A stretch of 55,112 nucleotides of DNA, from the IMG/VR virus record IMGVR_UViG_3300043399_000050, positions 1 to 55,112 of that record; one strand, given 5' to 3'. The notes under the pieces were generated by a model, which worked only from the letters and a program-made list of their open reading frames with translations, was not told the origin of the DNA and searched no databases. The position numbers were made by a program, and so were the translations under genes. This document shows, in pieces, positions 8,512-17,370 of the stretch; positions within the stretch are counted from its first letter, which is position 1, and each line of letters begins with the position of its first letter. This DNA comes from a virus (taxonomy: Duplodnaviria; Caudoviricetes).

Positions 8512-8650
8512 TTAATCAAGTAACAGGTGGTCACAGACGAAGCGCGACCCGAAGCTGCTGACCGAGACCGACGCAGCGTTGGGCCAGTACGAGCAACGAG
8601 AACCGGCGTCCGACCCGCTGACCCAGTTGCCGCCAAAGAGCGCCGCATTG
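8512..8650 (-). other. DGR variable-region (VR)-like segment with IMH-like end
   Basis: Variable positions all NNC codons; fixed positions A-free; ends GGGTCGCGCTTCGTCTGTGACCACCTG. Confidence 0.75.
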
Positions 8651-9783
8651 GGGGCGTTGTATTCAGAACCCCTGCCTTCGGTATTGGCGTTCCAGCTTGC
8701 GGCTGCGAACGGGCCGCCACGGTCAGCTGCCCAAGAATAAAGCACACCTGACGACTGAATGACACCCCACTTGGAAGTGTAAGCGGCGTTCAGAACAGTC
8801 GATACTTGGTCTGATCCAACACTTGATGCCTCGGTGGTTCCATAAGCCAGAGCCATGAATTCACGCTGAGTCGGCAAGCGTTTGCCAAAAGCACAGGCGT
8901 GTTCACAGGCTTCAAACCAAGTATAAGAGCCATAAGTCGTTGAGCCGTTGCCGCCGAATTTTGCGGAAATCTTTGGCGGGCTAGACCAATCAGCCATCGT
9001 CACGTTGTACTTTGACGAGCCGTTTGTTATTGCATCCACACCAGTCAGATAAATGTCCGACCAGAAACCGTCTGCCACTAGCGTCATGCCCCGTGGGTCT
9101 GGGCAGGCAGGGCGAAACTTCAAATCCCAGAATGAATACTCGTTAATCTGCGCTGTCGTGTTGCCGCCGCTAGTTCCGGATGCGTTACCGCCGGGGGCGT
9201 AGTGAAAGCCGCCAACTTTGCGAGCGTTGGTTGTGGGTGGCGACGTATGGTTGCTAGTTGCTTCCAGAGTTCCATCGGTCTTGGCCCAAATAGCGTAGTC
9301 GGTGCCGGTTGTGGCAGAGCCGGGCATGGTTACCGCGGTAGAAGACGCAATTGTTTTTACTGCGCCATTAACTTCTATATATAAAGTAGTTGCTGTCGAA
9401 ACAGTAAACGCGCCGGTTTTAGACCATGCAACAATTGTTGGGTCTGCCTTGCGGAACAGGCCGTAGTTAATTGGAGGAATAGCCGTAGCATCTAAAAACG
9501 TCTGCGCTGTGATACGAATCTCAATGCGATCACCTGTGCTATACGCACGAGCAGATGTACCTTCTTGCGCACGGACAACTGTTAGTACATCCGTACTGCG
9601 AGCCGTACACTTAACAATCTCCAAGTTGTTGGAGATGTCGATCAGCGTTGCGTAAAAGTAGTCGCCCGCGCCCAGAGTTGGGAAACGAGCGCCCTGCCCA
9701 GTAGTCAGCGTAATGCTCGTAGCCGAACTGTTAATACCAGCAGCGAGAGTTGCAAACGCATTGTTAGAGACTTTGATGCCCAT
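8512..9783 (-). CDS. mtd: Major tropism determinant (Mtd)-like tail fibre, C-type lectin/FGE fold
   Basis: ARKVGGFHYAPG.NA...GGNTTAQINEYS.WD.KFRP...DPRGMTLVA, SKWGV.Q.SG and ALFGGNW...GSR....W......G.R.VCDHL match Bordetella phage BPP-1 Mtd as recalled. Confidence 0.9.
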   Translation of the reverse strand: MGIKVSNNAFATLAAGINSSATSITLTTGQGARFPTLGAGDYFYATLIDISNNLEIVKCTARSTDVLTVVRAQEGTSARAYSTGDRIEIRITAQTFLDATAIPPINYGLFRKADPTIVAWSKTGAFTVSTATTLYIEVNGAVKTIASSTAVTMPGSATTGTDYAIWAKTDGTLEATSNHTSPPTTNARKVGGFHYAPGGNASGTSGGNTTAQINEYSFWDLKFRPACPDPRGMTLVADGFWSDIYLTGVDAITNGSSKYNVTMADWSSPPKISAKFGGNGSTTYGSYTWFEACEHACAFGKRLPTQREFMALAYGTTEASSVGSDQVSTVLNAAYTSKWGVIQSSGVLYSWAADRGGPFAAASWNANTEGRGSEYNAPNAALFGGNWVSGSDAGSRCSYWPNAASVSVSSFGSRFVCDHLLLD

Positions 9784-10232
9784 TATGCGTACCTCCAGTA
9801 CTGCCCGTTCTTAATCCGTTGAATTGATTTGCGAGACACACCATACTCCTCTGCTATCAAGTGTAGCGGCTTATATTCCTCAGCCAAAATGCGTTTGATC
9901 TCTTTGACCTGCTCGGGCGTTAGCGCTTTACCTGCACGCAACTTACGAGCCATATCGTCAAGATTGTCTGCGTCAGTGCCAAGGAACAGATGGTCAGGAT
10001 TTACGCAAGACGGGTTATCACAAGTGTGACATACATGAAGCCCAGTAGGGTCGCCTTTCATAAGTTCATATGCAACACGATGTGCCTGCCGAGTTTTCCC
10101 AAGAAAATTGAACTTACCGTAGCCGAGTGGGGACTTAGCCCCCATCCATAGCCAGCAACCATCCTGCTTCTGGACATAGTGCCAGAAACGTTGGTCAACC
10201 GTTAGGTTCATAGTTTCCTTGGGCCTAGACAT
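9783..10232 (-). mobile_element. Free-standing HNH homing endonuclease with C-terminal HTH
   Basis: CWLW.G...GYG, AHRVAY, VCHTCDNPSCVNPDHLFLGT..DN..D, then an HTH (IAEEYGVSRKSI.RI). Confidence 0.9.
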
Positions 10233-10233
10233 A

Positions 10234-10674
10234 TTATGAAACCGTGACAGTCCAAGTAATACCGAGTGTGTCAGCAGCGCCCTTGTTGATAACTGAGAAC
10301 ACAGTACGGCAAAGCAGCGTGCCAGATGAAGAATCGTTCAAAATGCCTGCTTCAGTGATTGCACCAGTACCTGTACCTGCGGGGAAGGTTGCTACATAAG
10401 CGATAGCATTATTGGTACGGACATTAGAAGTCAGCGCCACGCGGCCTACTTCAGTTACCAGTGCAGTTTGCCCAACAGCCGCAGCAGTCGTACCAGTACC
10501 AATAGCCATATGCGACATGATGTTGTCAGTAACACCAATCATGCGCGAAGCAATGAAGTTTTTACCGACGGTCACAACGAGGTTAGGAACCTCGCGCTCG
10601 TCCTTAATGTTGCCCTGTGCGTCAGCAAGAACAATCTTGAGCGCACCAGTCAAAATAACAGAGTCTTGAAGCAT
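10234..10674 (-). CDS. Virion structural protein (tail-collar/fibre-associated)
   Basis: NLVVTVG, MAIGTGTTA...TALVTE, ITEAGILN...GTLLCR pattern of phage structural proteins; AAGGAG RBS. Confidence 0.7.
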   Translation of the reverse strand: MLQDSVILTGALKIVLADAQGNIKDEREVPNLVVTVGKNFIASRMIGVTDNIMSHMAIGTGTTAAAVGQTALVTEVGRVALTSNVRTNNAIAYVATFPAGTGTGAITEAGILNDSSSGTLLCRTVFSVINKGAADTLGITWTVTVS

Positions 10675-10684
10675 GATTTACTCC

Positions 10685-12280
10685 TTAGTTAAGTTGGTTT
10701 CCATTGAGTGTGTACCCTGCAAAGGTGTACTCCGACTCCGTGCGGATATTGTAAACAATACCAGCATTGGGGTCAGTTGTCAGTACAAACTCACCGTTCA
10801 CAAGCGGTTGGTGAACTAGGTGGCTGTTGAGTGTACCCGGCACAGGGAAGTATGTGAACTTGTCGTCCGAGGTAAACGCGAAGTCGTAGAGCGGAGATGT
10901 CTGCCCTAAAATTAACTCCAGCGTAATGTTATCGTCAATTGTTGCGCTATCTGTTAGCGCAAGACCAACTACAAATACAGGCGCGGCATCTGTCGCGGTA
11001 ACTGCATCAGTCTGAACTTCGCTGACATTAAGCGCAACAGTATCAGCAACGGCTACAGAGTCAGTCAAGTCTGGTTTGGTTACTACGAACGCCGTGATTT
11101 CATCGGCGGTTGCAGCAGAGTCAACAGCAACATCTGTACTGAAGGCGGAAATCGCATCGTCAACTGTGACTGAATCAGTTAGGGTTTTCCCTACCGTAAA
11201 GTCGTTGATTTCATCAGTCGCGGCTACGGTATCAGCCTCACCTTTACTGATGTCAAACGAGTTGACTGCATCGGCTACCGTCACGGCATCAGTATCTACC
11301 CTGTCAACCGCCAATGCTGTTGCATCATCAACAGTCACCGCATCGCTATCGACACGGGCTACATCGAGCGCAGTGGCATCATCAACAGTCACCGCATCGC
11401 TATCGACACGGGCTACATCGAGCGCAGTGGCATCATCAGCCGTAACCGCGTCTGTCTCAACCTTAGCGACATCAAGTGCCGTGGTGTCAGCCACAGTTAC
11501 AGCATCAGTTTCACTCTTACCCGGTGCAAGAACTGCGGTATCCGCAACAGTTACCGCATCTGTTTCGACTTTACCCGGTGCAAGAACTGCGGTATCCGCA
11601 ACAGTTACCGCATCTGTTTCGACTTTACCCGGTGCGAGTGTCGCAGTATCTGCAACAGTAACCGCATCTGTAAGGTCAGGCTTGGTCACCTCAAACGCCG
11701 TGATGGAATCCACCGCAGCAGTTGTATCCAGCACAATACCCGCATCAAACGCCGAGATTGTTTCGGTAACTGTTACTGAGTCGGTTAGTACTTTTCCAAC
11801 GGTGAACTCGTTGATCTCGTCTGCCCCCGTTACGGAGTCAGTCTCGACCTTAGCGACATTAAGTGTCGTGGTGTCAGCCACCGTGACAGCATCAGTTTCA
11901 CTCTTACCCGGTGCAAGAGCGGTTGCATCAGCCATCGTGACAGCATCCGTCGCCGTTTTACCCGGTTCAAGAGCCGCTGCATCAGACAATGTAAAGTCGT
12001 CAGACAGGACTTTTTCGACAGTCAGAGCAACATCTTCTGTGACAGTTGCAACCTCAATCAGGACTGTCCCAATATCGAAGTTAATTAGGTCGTCAGTAAT
12101 GCTCGCCGTATCCGCCAATAGTTTTGACGGGATGATGGATACCGCGCTGACAAAGGCGCGGGACTGGTAATTTTCAGTAACTACAATCTCGGGGGCGCGA
12201 ACAGACGCACTTACTGTTGCTGCCGCAACAAGGGCAGACAGTGAAGTGACAACCTGAGCGGCAACCCGGATATTAGCCAT
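10685..12280 (-). CDS. Acidic repeat-rich fibre-like structural protein (18-aa repeats)
   Basis: 531 aa; ~20 imperfect DAVTVADT..L..GK.ET units. Confidence 0.8.
   Translation of the reverse strand: MANIRVAAQVVTSLSALVAAATVSASVRAPEIVVTENYQSRAFVSAVSIIPSKLLADTASITDDLINFDIGTVLIEVATVTEDVALTVEKVLSDDFTLSDAAALEPGKTATDAVTMADATALAPGKSETDAVTVADTTTLNVAKVETDSVTGADEINEFTVGKVLTDSVTVTETISAFDAGIVLDTTAAVDSITAFEVTKPDLTDAVTVADTATLAPGKVETDAVTVADTAVLAPGKVETDAVTVADTAVLAPGKSETDAVTVADTTALDVAKVETDAVTADDATALDVARVDSDAVTVDDATALDVARVDSDAVTVDDATALAVDRVDTDAVTVADAVNSFDISKGEADTVAATDEINDFTVGKTLTDSVTVDDAISAFSTDVAVDSAATADEITAFVVTKPDLTDSVAVADTVALNVSEVQTDAVTATDAAPVFVVGLALTDSATIDDNITLELILGQTSPLYDFAFTSDDKFTYFPVPGTLNSHLVHQPLVNGEFVLTTDPNAGIVYNIRTESEYTFAGYTLNGNQLN
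11322..11438. repeat. Exact 54-bp tandem repeat (2+ copies)
   Basis: Unit GCATCATCAACAGTCACCGCATCGCTATCGACACGGGCTACATCGAGCGCAGTG at 11322 and 11376. Confidence 0.9.
11517..11635. repeat. Exact 54-bp tandem repeat (2+ copies)
   Basis: TTACCCGGTGC recurs at 11517, 11571 and 11625 with identical intervening sequence. Confidence 0.9.
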
Positions 12281-12618
12281 CAGTCAAAGTTCTCCCGCAC
12301 ACGGAAAGCCAAGAGGTCATAGACCGTCTCAGTCTGCCCGTCATAGTCAATAACGATCTCACCTTCGTAGGCTCCTGCCGGAACATCTAGCACGCCACCT
12401 ACAAAGTTGAAAATAACTTTACCATCAGCACCCGTTGTCAACTTGTTGCAAGGAATAGTAACGGGGGTGTTAGTCGTGCCAGCCTCACGAAACTTCAGAA
12501 CCACAGTCGTTGTGGCGGCAGACAGGTCAACAGGCGAGTTCGTAATGTCATCCGTAAGCGTTAGGATGATGAATGGTCGCTCGTCGCCTTTGACTAATCG
12601 GATGACATCTACTGACAT
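12280..12618 (-). CDS. Ig-like/BppU-N-like structural protein
   Basis: GD......LTD....PVDLS....G.Y.GE..I.Y.G..ET......F.VRE pattern. Confidence 0.6.
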   Translation of the reverse strand: MSVDVIRLVKGDERPFIILTLTDDITNSPVDLSAATTTVVLKFREAGTTNTPVTIPCNKLTTGADGKVIFNFVGGVLDVPAGAYEGEIVIDYDGQTETVYDLLAFRVRENFD

Positions 12619-12625
12619 AGTGACC

Positions 12626-13279
12626 TCACGCTAAGGGGCGCATCTGAACCGTCATCGACGCTCTCGCGTTACCGATGTTGGCTCTGGCTCTGCGCTCAGA
12701 TGTTTTGGCAATATACTGCTTGGCGTGATACGCGGCTAGTTCCCGGTCACTCCAGTTCTTGTTAGGCATCACCAGCAAATGCTGCAATGCACCGTGCATG
12801 ATGACATTCTCAAGATCATCAAACACGGTTTTGTCCATCCCCGTTGAGTCCCGTAGCGGCTTGAGAGCCACGATCATGCGCAAGTCGTAAGGCTCAGCGC
12901 TGTCAGGAAGCGGTGCAACAACGAAGTTATCGGGGTCAATCTGGCAGATCAGGCGGGGGGTTGCCCTTTGGTCTACCGTATAGTCAGGCCAGCCGGGGTA
13001 CTTGGCATACAACTGCTCAAGCGTTACAGGGTCAAGCGGCTCTCTGTTGACCGTAGCAGTCAGCACAGCGTGGACTTCAGACTGAGTTGGCTGCTCGTAA
13101 GGGTAGTCGTAAACACCCGGTGTCAAGCGGATAGCAGGCTGCTCATAGCGCCATGCAAGGGTGCGTTCGCACACCTCGATAGCGGCATCACGAACATATT
13201 GCTCGATGACTGGCTGAGGACAGCCCGGCACGCTTGGTGCAAGGCGGGTAACCATTGAGGAGAAGGTGCGTAGCGTCAT
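12626..13279 (-). CDS. Head-tail adaptor / tail tubular protein A-like
   Basis: 217 aa; VPGCP...IEQYVRDAAIEVCERT..W; between head and fibre genes. Confidence 0.65.
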   Translation of the reverse strand: MTLRTFSSMVTRLAPSVPGCPQPVIEQYVRDAAIEVCERTLAWRYEQPAIRLTPGVYDYPYEQPTQSEVHAVLTATVNREPLDPVTLEQLYAKYPGWPDYTVDQRATPRLICQIDPDNFVVAPLPDSAEPYDLRMIVALKPLRDSTGMDKTVFDDLENVIMHGALQHLLVMPNKNWSDRELAAYHAKQYIAKTSERRARANIGNARASMTVQMRPLA

Positions 13280-13926
13280 GATGCAATCACCTCATCTTTC
13301 TGTAAGCCCGCGTTCTCAGTATCAGTCATTGTCCTAGCCTGTGCGCTGACCCCAAGAGCCTGTGTAAAGGACTGCTGGAACAACTGCGCACGGTTGGAGT
13401 TGACATGCTCGTTGTCCACAGACTCAGCCAAGAACACCGTACCGTCAATCACAACGGGTAAGTAGGCATCTGGAAGCAGTGCAACATCTTGGTCGGCTGT
13501 GTACTCAATCGGGGTTTGCGCGTATTCGGCAATCAACACCTGCCCTACGGGGGCTTTGGGGTAGATGAAAAACTTGTTGGCGTTGCGTACATGGCGCATC
13601 CAGTTAATGGCTGGGCCAGCCGGGTCATTCATCCACATCGGATAGGTTTCATCCAGAGTCGTGCGATCAACTTCAACCACACCGCCGCCGTCCTTGACTT
13701 GAAAAATCTCCATCACACGGATGGAGTCAGCGGGGGGTGTCTGTAGTACCTGACCTGCGGCAGTAGGGATTTCCCCAATGTAAGCAAAGAGGTCAGGGCG
13801 CAAAACCGCCATGCGCTTGAGTGCCTGATTGGCGAACCCAAGCAACACTGCATCGCTGTACCGCTGGGGTACATTGATGTCTTGGAGGATGCGGCGAGCC
13901 TCAGTGATTACACTGGAAAGTTTCAT
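13276..13926 (-). CDS. Head-tail adaptor-like protein (second of a tandem pair)
   Basis: 216 aa; ARRILQD...RYSD..LL..N.A......RPD; FFIYP; helical bundle + beta insertion typical of podovirus adaptors. Confidence 0.65.
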   Translation of the reverse strand: MKLSSVITEARRILQDINVPQRYSDAVLLGFANQALKRMAVLRPDLFAYIGEIPTAAGQVLQTPPADSIRVMEIFQVKDGGGVVEVDRTTLDETYPMWMNDPAGPAINWMRHVRNANKFFIYPKAPVGQVLIAEYAQTPIEYTADQDVALLPDAYLPVVIDGTVFLAESVDNEHVNSNRAQLFQQSFTQALGVSAQARTMTDTENAGLQKDEVIAS

Positions 13927-14162
13927 GCTGGAAGATTCCTCGAAGCATCAGCGTTAATGTCCGGGTTGCCCACATCAATGGACTCCTCGGGGATAACTTC
14001 AGTTTCAAGCGTCAAGCCAGTCTTACGACCCTTTTGCTTCTTGGGGATAAACCGCTCAGGAAAGGCTTCTTCCTCAGTTACTTCCTCACACAGTGCGTTC
14101 GCAGCAAGAATTTCATCCCACTCGTAAATCGTGCCATCGCGTCGGTTTCGTAGGTATCGCAT
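13923..14162 (-). CDS. Hypothetical protein
   Basis: ATG at 14162 with AAAGG RBS; overlaps the next gene by 4 nt. Confidence 0.65.
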   Translation of the reverse strand: MRYLRNRRDGTIYEWDEILAANALCEEVTEEEAFPERFIPKKQKGRKTGLTLETEVIPEESIDVGNPDINADASRNLPA

Positions 14163-14164
14163 GG

Positions 14165-14299
14165 TCAACCTTTCTTCCAGTAGTTTCTAGGTAGGCGGTT
14201 AGCGGTCTGTTCCGCGATAGTCGCCCAACGAACATTGCCCGGCTCGTAATGCCCAAGTGGGTCAATCCGATCCAGTGTGCACCCATCACACCTCCTCAT
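14165..14299 (-). pseudogene. Truncated HNH endonuclease remnant
   Basis: GCTLDRIDPLGHYEPGNVRWATIAEQTANR is the C-terminal half of the LDRID..G.Y.P.N.RWAT..EQ..N HNH type; the 5' half is missing. Confidence 0.75.
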
Positions 14300-14573
14300 A
14301 AATAACGGTGACAGTCGTACCTGCTTTAACCGTCACATAAATTCCATCATCAAACAAAACTCCGGGGTCAACAATGGGAAAATTTTCCTGCCCTTTGCCA
14401 TAGACCTCAAAGATATAGTATGGGTCAGTAACCTCAGGAGTTCTTGCTAGATCATAAAACTTATAGACCGAATCATCAGAGATGGAATGAAACACAAGCA
14501 GTTGCCTAAACAATGCACGCTTCTGAGTAACAAACCCATCGGCAGTAAGTTGTTTTGCAAGTAGTCGTGCCAT
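14286..14573 (-). CDS. Hypothetical small beta-sandwich virion protein
   Basis: 95 aa; AGGAG RBS; PGVLFDDGIYV...TVTVIY; more AT-rich than its neighbours. Confidence 0.7.
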   Translation of the reverse strand: MARLLAKQLTADGFVTQKRALFRQLLVFHSISDDSVYKFYDLARTPEVTDPYYIFEVYGKGQENFPIVDPGVLFDDGIYVTVKAGTTVTVIYEEV

Positions 14574-14584
14574 CTCAGTCTCCT

Positions 14585-14608
14585 AAAAGACGGGGGCCGA
14601 AGCCCCCG
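14585..14608 (-). terminator. Rho-independent terminator
   Basis: CGGGGGC-TTCG-GCCCCCG then TCTTTT on the minus strand. Confidence 0.8.
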
Positions 14609-14613
14609 CTTAA

Positions 14614-15090
14614 TTACGAAGCGTCGGCAACCAAAGCCCACACGCGTACAACAGCAGCATCAGCAGCGTTGACGGTGATGACATCAATGGTGTCAGCAGC
14701 AGCGTAGTACTTGCCAGCGCCGTAACCAACGAAGGTGTTCGGAGTACCTTCAGCCAGTGCAGCAGCAGAGCAGTAAGAAGCAACGGTGTTAGCGTTCACG
14801 CCGTCAAGCCAACCATCAGGATCAGTAGCATCACCAACATCAAGGGTCAGCGTACCGCCTTCAGCGGTGACAACATCAGCACCAACAGCCAGCACCAGCG
14901 ATTTAGCCGGGATAGCGATTGCTTCCAGACCGTCACCAGCGCCAATTGCAGCAGCGCCAGCAGCAGTACGAGCAGCAGAGATCGCTGCAAAGTCTAGTTC
15001 GACTTCATAGCGAGTTACTTTGTCAAGACCCTCAGCGCGGGGAGCGGCTGAGCCCTTATTAAAACCAAGACCTTCAGAACGAATAGCCAT
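14614..15090 (-). CDS. Putative capsid decoration/cement protein
   Basis: 158 aa, Ala-rich; IPAKSLV......V......TLDVGD..D.DG; directly after the capsid gene. Confidence 0.65.
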   Translation of the reverse strand: MAIRSEGLGFNKGSAAPRAEGLDKVTRYEVELDFAAISAARTAAGAAAIGAGDGLEAIAIPAKSLVLAVGADVVTAEGGTLTLDVGDATDPDGWLDGVNANTVASYCSAAALAEGTPNTFVGYGAGKYYAAADTIDVITVNAADAAVVRVWALVADAS

Positions 15091-15112
15091 TTCAATCTCC
15101 TAAATAAGTTGC

Positions 15113-15135
15113 AAAACAGGGGGCCGAAGCCCCCC
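15113..15135 (-). terminator. Rho-independent terminator after the major capsid gene
   Basis: GGGGGC-TTCG-GCCCCC then TGTTTT. Confidence 0.75.
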
Positions 15136-15140
15136 ATTTA

Positions 15141-16052
15141 TTACGACAGGGTAACGACACCTGTAGCCAAAGCCTCAGGCTTCACCACTTGGTAGCCATA
15201 AACTTGCAGGCCACGGATGATGTTGCCGAAAGTGGACTCAGAACGGATCGTTTCCATCTCGGTCATCTGAGAGGCGAAAGTAAAGCCCATCTTATGACCA
15301 GCGATCAGGTTGAACTTACCGCCAGTGTCGATCTTGATGTTGTGGCTCATGTAGATCGTGAAACGATCAATCATACCGAGGCGACCATTACGGAGAATGG
15401 AAGTGCCATCACCAGCCAACGATGCGTCTTGCAGGTCAGACTTCTTAATCATGCCAGCCATCTTGGCAGGAATGACGAGGAAGCGGTTACCTTCAGGGCA
15501 GTTGGCTTCGTCCAGAACCGTGCCGAGGTCAACAATGTAGTCCAGAACATCGGCCTTGGTAATAGCAACTGGAGAACCAGTCGTACCCAAGTTGAAGTTA
15601 CCGGAGATACGGCCTGCGTTTGCGCCCTTGTTGATAGCAGCAACACCCGGCAGGATGTCGGTCAACACGCGCTGGTCGATCTTGATCTTCATACGCTCGG
15701 AAGCGTCTTTCGACCAAGTATCCATCAGGTTGATGTCGGACTGAACCTTATCCACATCGTCCTCGATACAGGCGAAGTACTCGCCCTTGTCGATTACGAG
15801 TTGGAGTTTCGGCTTGTCAGGGTTCTCGACCTGAAGGGTCTGACCTTTGACATAGGTTTTGATCGTGATCTCAGGAGTGGTACGGATGTTAACCGTGTCA
15901 CCCATGCTCTTGATTTCGCCTTCGTAATCTGTGTTGGCAATAGCAGCCAAAACAGTTGCGTCGTAGAAATTCTCGATCAGTTTGCCCGACCAAATTTCGG
16001 GGATGAAATTGCCGCTATAGTTGGGGCGGCCACCTGCTACGGGAAATCCCAT
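15141..16052 (-). CDS. Major capsid protein (HK97 fold)
   Basis: FIPEIWS, NTDYEGEI..GDTV.I, IRGLQVYG..VVKPE; follows the scaffold; GAGGAG RBS. Confidence 0.92.
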   Translation of the reverse strand: MGFPVAGGRPNYSGNFIPEIWSGKLIENFYDATVLAAIANTDYEGEIKSMGDTVNIRTTPEITIKTYVKGQTLQVENPDKPKLQLVIDKGEYFACIEDDVDKVQSDINLMDTWSKDASERMKIKIDQRVLTDILPGVAAINKGANAGRISGNFNLGTTGSPVAITKADVLDYIVDLGTVLDEANCPEGNRFLVIPAKMAGMIKKSDLQDASLAGDGTSILRNGRLGMIDRFTIYMSHNIKIDTGGKFNLIAGHKMGFTFASQMTEMETIRSESTFGNIIRGLQVYGYQVVKPEALATGVVTLS

Positions 16053-16068
16053 GATAAAACTCCTCTAA

Positions 16069-17106
16069 TCAAGCGTTAGCAACAATGCGTCCATCTCGCT
16101 GTGCAGCAAAGATGTCGCGTTCAATGCGGTCACGCTCCTGCTCTCTACCCTTGTATTTACCCGAACGGACATCGTTAAAGAACTTTTGGATGTCAGCAGG
16201 CGAGTAAGTACGAGCGTTTGAGTTAGACGGCGCACCAGTGTTCCGAGAACGACCCGGAGCCACTTGGCGTTCCAACTCTGAGGCAGGCGCAGCCCGGCGA
16301 GTGTTTTGAGCAACATTGGCTTGTCCAGTGAACTCAAGCCAAGACTTAAAGAAACTACCTACGCGCCGCACATCAAGGTTACGCTGTGCATCCTCAAGGA
16401 TGGTCTGACGAACAATACCAGTCAGTGGATCAATATCGAGCATCCAAGATTGGAACGCATCGCTATCATTGATCTCACGCCAGTTAGGTACGGCGTCAGT
16501 AAGCGCAGCCCAAAACTGCTGCTCAGCAGACATAGCCTGTCGTTGCGCCACAGCCTGTACCTGAGGTACGACATTGGCAGACAACTGACGGATCATGCCT
16601 TCCAACTGCGCAATCTTCTGAGCGACTGGAATGAGTTCTTCACGAGACACACGACGCATAACATCGAGTGATTCGCCATACTCCTCCTGATCCTTCTCAG
16701 TAATCAAGGCTTCAATTTGTGGTTGACGCTTTGCAGACTGTGCAGACAGAGTAGCCAGCAGTTGCTCCATTTGCTGTAGTCGGCCTGCAAGTTCTTTGTT
16801 CTGACTATGCAGACGCGGAACCTCGGCGTTGTACATGCCTTGGAGAGTGCGGTACTTTTGATTCAGTGTTTCTTCGGAGCCTTTTCCGTCGTCGTTGGTA
16901 TGCTCGTTACCCGACGACTGAGCAGCGTGGTTCGTTGCAGAGTTCTCGTCGGCAGATGCAGCAGGTGCATTAGTGTTCTCAGTGGGCGGAGTTCCACCGT
17001 CGGCAGAAGAATTTTGTTCTTCGCCATTGGTTCCATCACCATTGAGTTGCTTATACAACTCCTGTACAGCCTCGGTCTGTTTACGAATTTGCTCTGGAAG
17101 TGCCAT
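16069..17106 (-). CDS. Capsid scaffolding protein
   Basis: Acidic disordered N-terminus, KYRTLQGMYN coiled coil, C-terminal AQRDGRI; between portal and capsid. Confidence 0.8.
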   Translation of the reverse strand: MALPEQIRKQTEAVQELYKQLNGDGTNGEEQNSSADGGTPPTENTNAPAASADENSATNHAAQSSGNEHTNDDGKGSEETLNQKYRTLQGMYNAEVPRLHSQNKELAGRLQQMEQLLATLSAQSAKRQPQIEALITEKDQEEYGESLDVMRRVSREELIPVAQKIAQLEGMIRQLSANVVPQVQAVAQRQAMSAEQQFWAALTDAVPNWREINDSDAFQSWMLDIDPLTGIVRQTILEDAQRNLDVRRVGSFFKSWLEFTGQANVAQNTRRAAPASELERQVAPGRSRNTGAPSNSNARTYSPADIQKFFNDVRSGKYKGREQERDRIERDIFAAQRDGRIVANA

Positions 17107-17151
17107 GATTAAACGCTCCTATCGGTATGCGTGATTAGACGGCGAGTCATA

Positions 17152-17370
17152 TCAGTGAGACTTTGCCGCTAGTTCAGGGGACTCTTTGACGAGTTTGTAC
17201 AACTCGCCCAAAACTTGGCATCGCCCCTGCATCAATGCCGCGTTGTTAATCGCACTGGGTAACTGCTCCAACTCGTGCATACGCCATGCAGCAAGAAACT
17301 CCAGAATCTCTGGGAACTGCCGAGTAGCGATGGCAAAAGCCTTCACAGTTTTTTCGTCAGGCCGAATCAT
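17152..17370 (-). CDS. Small conserved protein after the portal
   Basis: 72 aa helical; QGR...L..L motif. Confidence 0.7.
   Translation of the reverse strand: MIRPDEKTVKAFAIATRQFPEILEFLAAWRMHELEQLPSAINNAALMQGRCQVLGELYKLVKESPELAAKSH

Noticed and set aside
11322-11635. Possible CRISPR array
   Set aside because: Repeats are contiguous in-frame 54-mers with no unique spacers
11076-12170. 364-aa plus-strand Ser/Thr/Ala/Val ORF
   Set aside because: Antisense mirror of the 18-aa repeat gene
15189-16079. 296-aa plus-strand ORF
   Set aside because: Antisense shadow of the capsid gene caused by codon bias; no RBS or motifs
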